A stretch of 44,559 nt of DNA from Deltaproteobacteria bacterium (GTDB lineage Bacteria > SAR324 > NAC60-12), in the NCBI GenBank assembly GCA_038150265.1, contig JAYOTF010000015.1:26614-71172 (forward strand), written 5' to 3'. The notes under the pieces were generated by a model, which was given only the letters and a program-made list of their open reading frames with translations, was not told the origin of the DNA and made no database searches. Numbering within the stretch: the stretch's first letter is position 1; each line of letters begins with the position of its first letter. Made by a program: the position numbers and the translations under genes. Below are positions 38,481 through 44,559 of the stretch, in pieces.

Positions 38481-39607
38481 GAGGCCACCGAGGTGTGCTG
38501 GCGGGAGCGATACTGGTAGTAGGCGGCACAGGCGCCTTCCGAGGAAACCATCAGGGCGCCCAGCGGCTGTTCCGGAGTGCAGCGGGTGCCAAACATGCGG
38601 CACTGAGGGGGCTTGAGGTGCCCCCGGAGGACGTCACCACACTGGCAGCCCTCGTCGTCGTCGCTCGGTTCAGTTGCCAGGGTGAAGCGTTTTTCTGCGT
38701 CAAAGGCCGCAAAGGCATCCCGTAACTGAACCCCGGAATGGGGAATGGTTCCCAGCCCCCGCCAGGCGCAGGCTTCTTTAAGCTCAAACACCTGGTCCAC
38801 GGCTCGCTGTGCGGCCGGGTTTCCGGCATCCGGAACCACGCGCCGGTACTGGTTTTCCACCGTGCACCGTCCCTCCTGCAACTGCTGCAGAATCATCCAG
38901 ATCGACTGCAGCACATCCAGCGGTTCAAACCCGGAGACAACGAGCGGCTTCCGGAATTCCCGGGCAATGAAGTCGTACGGCGAGAGGCCAATGATCATGC
39001 TGACGTGTCCGGGACCAATGAAGGCGTCAATGCGCTGGTCCGGATCCTCCAGAACGGCCCGCAGCGTCGCCGGAATCGTGATGTGCTGGCAGAGGACCGA
39101 AAAGTTGGAGATGCCCTCCTGGGCCGCCTGCAGCAGCGTGAGGGCGGTGCTGGGCATGGTGGTTTCAAACCCGAGGGCAAAGAACACCACCTGCTGGTTG
39201 GGGTGCTGACGCGCCAGGCTCAGGGCATCTTCCGGCGAGTAGACCATGCGGACCTCGGCTCCGTCCGCTCGGGACTGGAGGAGGCTCTTCCGAGAGCCCG
39301 GAACCCGCAGGGCGTCCCCAAACGTGGCCAGCATCACATCCGGCTGCTCAGCCAGGGCAATGGCGGCATCCACGCGCTCTCGGGGCAGGACGCACACGGG
39401 GCAGCCCGGTACATGAATCAACTCCAGCCCCTCCGGAAGCAACTGGTCGAGCCCAAACTTGAAGATGGTGTGGGTGTGCCCGCCACAGACTTCCATCAGC
39501 CGGATCGGAGACGTTGCCGAGGCGCCGAGCTGCGCAACCTGAGTGGCAATGCTCTGACGCAGGGCCCGGACTTTTTCCGGGTCTCGGAATTCGGTCACAA
39601 ACTGCAT
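38477..39607 (-). CDS. hypD: Hydrogenase maturation protein HypD
   Basis: CGGHTH, (V)PGCPVC, GFETT, PGHVS and MVSSEGACAAYY. Confidence 0.96.
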   Translation of the reverse strand: MQFVTEFRDPEKVRALRQSIATQVAQLGASATSPIRLMEVCGGHTHTIFKFGLDQLLPEGLELIHVPGCPVCVLPRERVDAAIALAEQPDVMLATFGDALRVPGSRKSLLQSRADGAEVRMVYSPEDALSLARQHPNQQVVFFALGFETTMPSTALTLLQAAQEGISNFSVLCQHITIPATLRAVLEDPDQRIDAFIGPGHVSMIIGLSPYDFIAREFRKPLVVSGFEPLDVLQSIWMILQQLQEGRCTVENQYRRVVPDAGNPAAQRAVDQVFELKEACAWRGLGTIPHSGVQLRDAFAAFDAEKRFTLATEPSDDDEGCQCGDVLRGHLKPPQCRMFGTRCTPEQPLGALMVSSEGACAAYYQYRSRQHTSVAS

Positions 39608-39608
39608 G

Positions 39609-39872
39609 TTACCCGGCGGTGGCGTGTTCCTGAAGCTCTCCCAGGGCACTGAGGAGCTTCAGGGTTTGGTAGGCCTCGTCTTCGTCAATGCGACTGAGGG
39701 CAAATCCGACATGGACGAGGACCCAGGTTCCCACCGCCGCTTCCATTTCTGCGGCGTCCTCGACGACACAGGCGAGGTTGACGACCCGCTGGACGCCACC
39801 GACGTTGACCTTCGCCTGGCGCCGGTCGGCATCTTCGACCGCCATGACCTGTCCCGGAATTCCTAAACACAT
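39609..39872 (-). CDS. hypC: Hydrogenase maturation chaperone HypC
   Basis: MCLGIPG N-terminus and WVLVHVGFAL. Confidence 0.97.
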   Translation of the reverse strand: MCLGIPGQVMAVEDADRRQAKVNVGGVQRVVNLACVVEDAAEMEAAVGTWVLVHVGFALSRIDEDEAYQTLKLLSALGELQEHATAG

Positions 39873-39877
39873 GGGCT

Positions 39878-42217
39878 TCAGTTTCTTTGAGAAGAGGAGG
39901 TGGAGGCGGTGCTTCGGGCCGCAGCAATCAGGGCTTGCCCAAAGGCGATGCCGCCATCATTAGGAGGAATCTGCTGGGGCCGCAGGACCTCAAAGCCGGA
40001 CTGCTGCAGAGCGTTCTCAAGCAGCGTCAACAGCGTCCTATTTTGGAACACCCCGCCTGCCAGCGCAACCGTATTGGTACGGATAGACGGATGAAGCGCC
40101 TGGGCCTTGCGGAGTCCCGAGACCCAGGCCTCGGCCAAACCACGATGAAACGCGGTGGCCATGGCCGGGAGCGGTGTGCCGTGCCGGAGGTCCTGCAGGA
40201 GCGCTTCCCAGAAGGGACGCGGGTCCAGTTCCAGCAGTCCGGAAGTGGGGTCGGAGCGCCAGTGAAAGGGGTAACGGGTCGGCAGGGTGAGGTCCACCTG
40301 AGCCTCCAGCAGCTGAGCCGCCTGCCCCTCGAAGGTGAGGCGGTCCGGCCCGAGTCCCAGCGCCGCAGCAACAGCATCAAACCAGCGACCACAGGAGCTT
40401 GAGCGCGGGCTGTTGCGGGCAAGAGCGGTGAGCGTCGTGACGGGTTTTGTCTGCAGGTGCCGCACAAGGAGCAGATCCGGAAACTGCTGCTGAAGCGCTT
40501 CCCACCCAAAGCACGCGTCGAGGTGCGCCAGGGTGTTGCGCCAGGGCTCGCGCATGGCCTGGTTCCCACCGATGAGGGGGAGCGGCTGGAGACGCCCAAC
40601 GCGCTCCAGGTGCTGGTAAGTGCCCCAGCCGAGTTCCCCTCCCCAGAAGGTGCCATCGGTGCCGAAGCCCAACCCGTCCAGCAGCAGCGCCCAAACCGGA
40701 GGCGTGTCTCGCGGCAACCCGTGTTCGCCGAGGCAGGCCGCCAGGTGGGCGTGGTGGTGCTGCACCCCGAGCGTCGGAAGGCCCTGCTCAGTGGCCCAGG
40801 CTTCTCCAAAGCGGGTGGAGGCGTAGTCCGGATGAAGGTCCGTCACCACCTGCGTCGGGCGGAGGGAGTGAAGCTGAAGGAAGTGTGCGATGAGGGTTTG
40901 GTACGCCTGAAGGGTCCGGAACTCGTGGAGGTCCCCGATGTGTGGAGCAAGCATGGCCTGCCCTTCCTGAACGAGGCAGAAGGTGCTCTTCAGGTCGGCA
41001 CCGCACGCCAGGAGCGGGGGCGTGTTGGCGAATCCGGGAGGCAGCGGGCGGGCGTCCGGCGCCAGGCCTCGGGCGCGTCGCAGCACCTGCGGTCCGGAAG
41101 GCAGCACCCGGAGGACCGAGTCGTCACAGCGATGGACGATGGGGCGGTTGTGCCCGAGCAGCGCATCGGCAACGTGGTTCAGCTGCTCCCGGACCTCCGC
41201 CTCGTCCATGCACTGAGGGGCGCCAGAGCGGTTGGCGGAGGTCATCACCAGCACCTCCGGAGCCGTTTGCAGGAGGAGGTGGTGCAGAGGTGTGTAGGGC
41301 AGCATCCCCCCGAGAGTCGACTGCCCGGGAGCCAGCCCCTCCGGTAGTGGGGATGCCGGGAGTGGGTCCAGAAGCACAATCGGTGCGGCGGGATGCTTCA
41401 GCCAGGCGGCTTCTTCGGCGCTCACCTGAGCAAACCGCCGCAGGGTGGCTTCATCCTTTGCCATGAGGGCGAAGGGCTTGTGAGGCCGGTGCTTGCGGGT
41501 CCGGAGGCGCTCCACGACGTCCGGCTGCTGGGCATCACAGGCAAGGTGAAAGCCGCCGATTCCCTTCAGGGCCACAATGGCTCCCTGCCGCAGCAAGGCC
41601 GCGGTGGCGTCCAGCGGATCGTCCGGAAGCGCGTGGGTGGGGGCATTCCACACCTCAAGCGTGAGCGAGGGACCACACTGCGGGCAGGCAATGGGCTGAG
41701 CATGGAAGCGCCGGTCGGCCGGGTCTGCGAACTCCTGCGCACACGCGGGGCAGAGCGGGAACGTTGCCATGCTCGTCCGGGAGCGGTCGTAGGGAACGTC
41801 ATGGAGGATGCTGTAGCGGGGGCCACACTGAGTGCAGTTGGTGAGGGCATACCGGAAGCGCCGGTTGGACGCGTCCTGCACCTCCCGGAGGCAGTCGGGA
41901 CAGCTGGCGAGGTCGGGCAGCACCTGCAGGCCGGAACCCTCCAGCGCGCTGGGGACGATCCGGAAGGCCGCTGGACCCGCGCCAGGAAGTGGCTCGGTGG
42001 TGATGCTTTCGACGTGAGCGGCTTCCGGAAGCGCGGCGTTCAGCTCAGCAGGGAAGGCGTCAAGGGCGGCTTCCGGACCCCACAGCTCGACGGTGGCGCC
42101 GGCGCGGTCGTTGTACACCTGACCCCGGAGGCCCTGCTGCTGGGCCAGGCGCCACGCGCTGGGGCGAAACCCCACCCCCTGAACTCGTCCACGAAACCGA
42201 AACCGCCGCCCGGGCAT
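39878..42217 (-). CDS. hypF: Carbamoyltransferase HypF
   Basis: Acylphosphatase GRVQGVGFRP, zinc fingers (CPDC/CTQC, CPAC/CPQC), KGIGGFHL, QHHHAH and PPNDGGIAFGQ; SD GGAGG before the ATG at 42217. Confidence 0.97.
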   Translation of the reverse strand: MPGRRFRFRGRVQGVGFRPSAWRLAQQQGLRGQVYNDRAGATVELWGPEAALDAFPAELNAALPEAAHVESITTEPLPGAGPAAFRIVPSALEGSGLQVLPDLASCPDCLREVQDASNRRFRYALTNCTQCGPRYSILHDVPYDRSRTSMATFPLCPACAQEFADPADRRFHAQPIACPQCGPSLTLEVWNAPTHALPDDPLDATAALLRQGAIVALKGIGGFHLACDAQQPDVVERLRTRKHRPHKPFALMAKDEATLRRFAQVSAEEAAWLKHPAAPIVLLDPLPASPLPEGLAPGQSTLGGMLPYTPLHHLLLQTAPEVLVMTSANRSGAPQCMDEAEVREQLNHVADALLGHNRPIVHRCDDSVLRVLPSGPQVLRRARGLAPDARPLPPGFANTPPLLACGADLKSTFCLVQEGQAMLAPHIGDLHEFRTLQAYQTLIAHFLQLHSLRPTQVVTDLHPDYASTRFGEAWATEQGLPTLGVQHHHAHLAACLGEHGLPRDTPPVWALLLDGLGFGTDGTFWGGELGWGTYQHLERVGRLQPLPLIGGNQAMREPWRNTLAHLDACFGWEALQQQFPDLLLVRHLQTKPVTTLTALARNSPRSSSCGRWFDAVAAALGLGPDRLTFEGQAAQLLEAQVDLTLPTRYPFHWRSDPTSGLLELDPRPFWEALLQDLRHGTPLPAMATAFHRGLAEAWVSGLRKAQALHPSIRTNTVALAGGVFQNRTLLTLLENALQQSGFEVLRPQQIPPNDGGIAFGQALIAAARSTASTSSSQRN

Positions 42218-42370
42218 GCTCCTCCACCTGAAAAAACGGAAAGGCCCTACGGTAGGGCAAGATGAGCGGAGGTGCAATCCGGTTCCACACCCAACGGACT
42301 TGCAAGTTCCTGTCACTCCGGGGACTGTATCCGTTGCCTGTCAACCGTTCCCTTCACGCCGATTCCTTCT

Positions 42371-43726
42371 ATGTCCACTCCTGTGTTTTCACGCCTTCAG
42401 CACGCCCTGCAGACTCCTGTTGATGTTGCCAGCCTTGTCCTCCTCCGGGTGGCATTTGGGCTGATTCTGACGTGGGAGGTGATCCGCTTCTTCCTCTACA
42501 ACTGGATTGAGGACCTCTACATTCAGCAGCGTTTTCACTTCAAGTATGAGTGGTTTCAGTGGGTGAGTGACCTTCCGGATGCCGGAATGTATGCCGTGTT
42601 TGTTGCCATTGGGGTGTCGAGTTTCCTGATTGCCCTCGGGCTCTTCTATCGCTTGGCAACGGTGGTCTTCTTTGTGGGCTACACGTATGTGTTCTTGATC
42701 GACCGCGCCTACTACAACAACCACTTCTACCTGATTGCCATCTTCGGGTTTTTGCTGATTCTGGTGCCGCTGAATCGGGCCGGGTCGCTGGACGTCATCT
42801 GGCGCAAGCAGCCCGCGAGTGAGCAGCTTCCCGCCTTCTGGCTCTGGACCGTCCGCTTTCCCATGACGCTGGCGTACGTCTATGGGGCGATTGCGAAGAT
42901 GGATCCGGAGTGGCTCAGCGGACGGGCGACACTGGCGTTGATTGGCAAGGGCCTGGAAGGCACGGCGTGGGAGCAGGTGATGCACCTGGGCTGGGTGCCG
43001 GTCTTCTACGCGTGGTCCGGAATGCTGTTTGACCTGCTGGTCCCCTTTGCGGTGCTGTGGAAGCCGACCCGCCTGCCAGCGCTCCTGGCGGCGCTGCTCT
43101 TTCACACCCACAACTACTTCGTCTTTGACATTGGCATCTTTCCGATGCTCTCGCTGGCGCTGACCCTGCTGTACCTGCCTCCGGATTTTCCGCGTCGGTT
43201 GCTTCCGGAAGGGGTCCGGCAGCGATTGAGTCAGTGGTATGAGGCGCGGGTGACGCCCCAAGCCGCAGGACCGGTGCGACCGTGGGTGATGGCGGTGGTC
43301 GGACTCTTTGTGGCGTTTCACCTGATCTTCCCCTTCCGGCACTTTTTGTATCCGGGGTGGACGCTGTGGCATGAAGAGGGGCACCTGTTTGCGTGGCGGA
43401 TGATGCTCCGGCAGAAGCAGATTGACGTCCGCTTTGACCTCCAGCATCCGCAGACCAGGGAGGTGCGCTACGCCCCACTGGAAGACTACCTGAACCCCTC
43501 GCAAATCCGGACCTTTGCCGGGAATCCGAACATGGTCCTGCAGTTTGCGCATCACCTGGCGGACCTGGTTCAGGCAAATGCCGGGTTCACGCCCATTGTC
43601 ACCGCCCAGATCAACGTCTCCCTCAATGGCCACCCTGCGGTGCCGATGGTCAATCCGCAGCTCAACCTGGCTTCCATTCCTCCGTTTGAACCTGCTTACC
43701 GCTGGGTGACGCCGGTGCTGCCCTGA
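42371..43726 (+). CDS. HTTM-domain, vitamin K-dependent gamma-carboxylase-like membrane protein
   Basis: HFKYEWFQWV, YNNHFYL, YGAIAKMDPEWLSG, FHTHN, IGIFP and EGHLFAWRMML resemble conserved GGCX motifs; start inferred. Confidence 0.85.
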   Translation: MSTPVFSRLQHALQTPVDVASLVLLRVAFGLILTWEVIRFFLYNWIEDLYIQQRFHFKYEWFQWVSDLPDAGMYAVFVAIGVSSFLIALGLFYRLATVVFFVGYTYVFLIDRAYYNNHFYLIAIFGFLLILVPLNRAGSLDVIWRKQPASEQLPAFWLWTVRFPMTLAYVYGAIAKMDPEWLSGRATLALIGKGLEGTAWEQVMHLGWVPVFYAWSGMLFDLLVPFAVLWKPTRLPALLAALLFHTHNYFVFDIGIFPMLSLALTLLYLPPDFPRRLLPEGVRQRLSQWYEARVTPQAAGPVRPWVMAVVGLFVAFHLIFPFRHFLYPGWTLWHEEGHLFAWRMMLRQKQIDVRFDLQHPQTREVRYAPLEDYLNPSQIRTFAGNPNMVLQFAHHLADLVQANAGFTPIVTAQINVSLNGHPAVPMVNPQLNLASIPPFEPAYRWVTPVLP

Positions 43727-44121
43727 CCCCTCTCACATCACATGCCCCGCCTGGAACCCGGGCTGCAGTCTCTTCTGCACAGTCGGGTTCCTCTGAAGCC
43801 TCACCTCCTCTCGCGCAGGCGGGTATCCAGAAAAGTGAGACGGGTGGCGGCTCTTCCGGGAGAGCGAGGGAGGATCTAAAAGGTGAGGCGGCTGGTAGCC
43901 TTGAAGACTCGCCAACTCAAGCGCTTCAGTGGTGCAATCCGTTTCAGGGGATTGCCCTGGGAGCACGCAGAGGAGGGTGGCTGGTTTGGCCACTCGTTGC
44001 TCAAGGTCTGAGGGAACGTGGGGGGAAGGCTGTGGAAGAAGCCGGCGAAGCGCAGGAAAGCGCCTTCCTGGGAAAGTCAGCAGCGGAGGCGCGCGGAGAA
44101 CTGGTGGCGCCCAGGAGCCTC

Positions 44122-44164
44122 AAACAAAAAAAGCGAGGCACCTCCATGCGGAGGGCCTCGCTTT
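44122..44164 (-). terminator. Rho-independent terminator of the porin gene
   Basis: Stem AAAGCGAGGC...GCCTCGCTTT followed on the minus strand by a T-run. Confidence 0.85.
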
Positions 44165-44203
44165 AAGCGAAGTGGAGCAGATTGCTCCGTCTTATGGCTT
44201 CAA

Positions 44204-44559
44204 TTAGAAGCTGTAGGACATTTTTACTTCGATGTCGGTCTGGCTCGCGCCATCAGCTGCAGCGGTGGTATTGGCGTCGGAATTCGAGGAAGATGCCGAA
44301 CCGTAGCCAACGCCCAGTGCAACTGGACCAACGGTGGTGCCATAGCCCAACTCGAAGCCGGTCTCGGTTCCTGCGTTGGTTCCGTCGTTGAAGGTGGCGC
44401 TGCTGTAGTTGAAGACGACGCTGTCGTCCCCACCCAGAGCAACAGTTGCTCCCAGTTCAAAAGCAGTGCTCTTAAGGTCTGCTTCACCTTCGCTGGTGGT
44501 CGTTGCAGTCGTTGCATAGGTCAGGAACGGCTTGATTCCATCCATGTCCATGCCCACAC
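44204..44559 (-). CDS. Outer-membrane beta-barrel/porin, 3' fragment (truncated by the window edge)
   Basis: Amphipathic beta strands with Thr/Ala/Asp loops; C-terminal Bam signal VKMSYSF; strong terminator downstream. Confidence 0.75.
   Translation of the reverse strand, partial: VGMDMDGIKPFLTYATTATTTSEGEADLKSTAFELGATVALGGDDSVVFNYSSATFNDGTNAGTETGFELGYGTTVGPVALGVGYGSASSSNSDANTTAAADGASQTDIEVKMSYSF

Larger units (their letters stand above)
1..44559. repeat. Dispersed highly iterated palindrome TCCGGA
   Basis: About 120 copies by hand count (approximate) versus about 15 expected from mononucleotide composition at ~62% GC. Confidence 0.75.

Noticed and set aside
7680..43633. Other long antisense ORFs (e.g. 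7680-8714, 12722-14008, 24996-26267, 27898-29133, 29087-30577, 42389-43633)
   Set aside because: Each mirrors a well-supported gene on the opposite strand; this is expected at high GC3 and none shows a recognisable domain.
44040..44100. GGAAAG-containing stretch resembling RNase P or SRP RNA motifs
   Set aside because: It lacks GAGGAAAGTCC and the SRP domain IV consensus; the flanking helices do not fit.

Overview
A GC-rich (roughly 60% by eye) bacterial chromosome segment. The housekeeping proteins look deltaproteobacterial-like (possibly SAR324-like; this is inference only). From left to right it holds: grpE-dnaK-dnaJ; a minus-strand catabolic operon (alpha/beta hydrolase, acyl-CoA ligase, TRAP dctPQM, GNAT); a metallophosphoesterase; a K+-dependent membrane pyrophosphatase; an aminotransferase/M20 pair; an SDR; fdxA-yceD-rpmF-plsX; a rhodanese-NfuA fusion; a GDPD; and a tRNA/ribosomal cluster (Thr-Tyr-Thr, rpmG, Trp, secE, nusG, rplKAJL) lacking the usual tRNA-Gly, tuf and rpoB. 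It continues with orphan carboxyltransferase and gspF genes, argE, a BaeSR-like two-component system followed by two paralogous exported proteins of unknown function, a lipoprotein lipase plus FadL operon, a stand-alone hypFCDEAB operon, a vitamin K-dependent carboxylase-like (HTTM) gene and a truncated porin. I saw no mobile elements or CRISPR arrays. The most striking signals are: (1) the palindrome TCCGGA is about 8-fold over-represented by hand count, like a HIP1-type highly iterated palindrome; (2) a self-contained TCS module whose sensor has a DDDHE-repeat loop, with matching 11-bp tandem boxes at two promoters and two paralogous secreted helical proteins; (3) the carboxylase-like gene sits divergent from the hyp operon.
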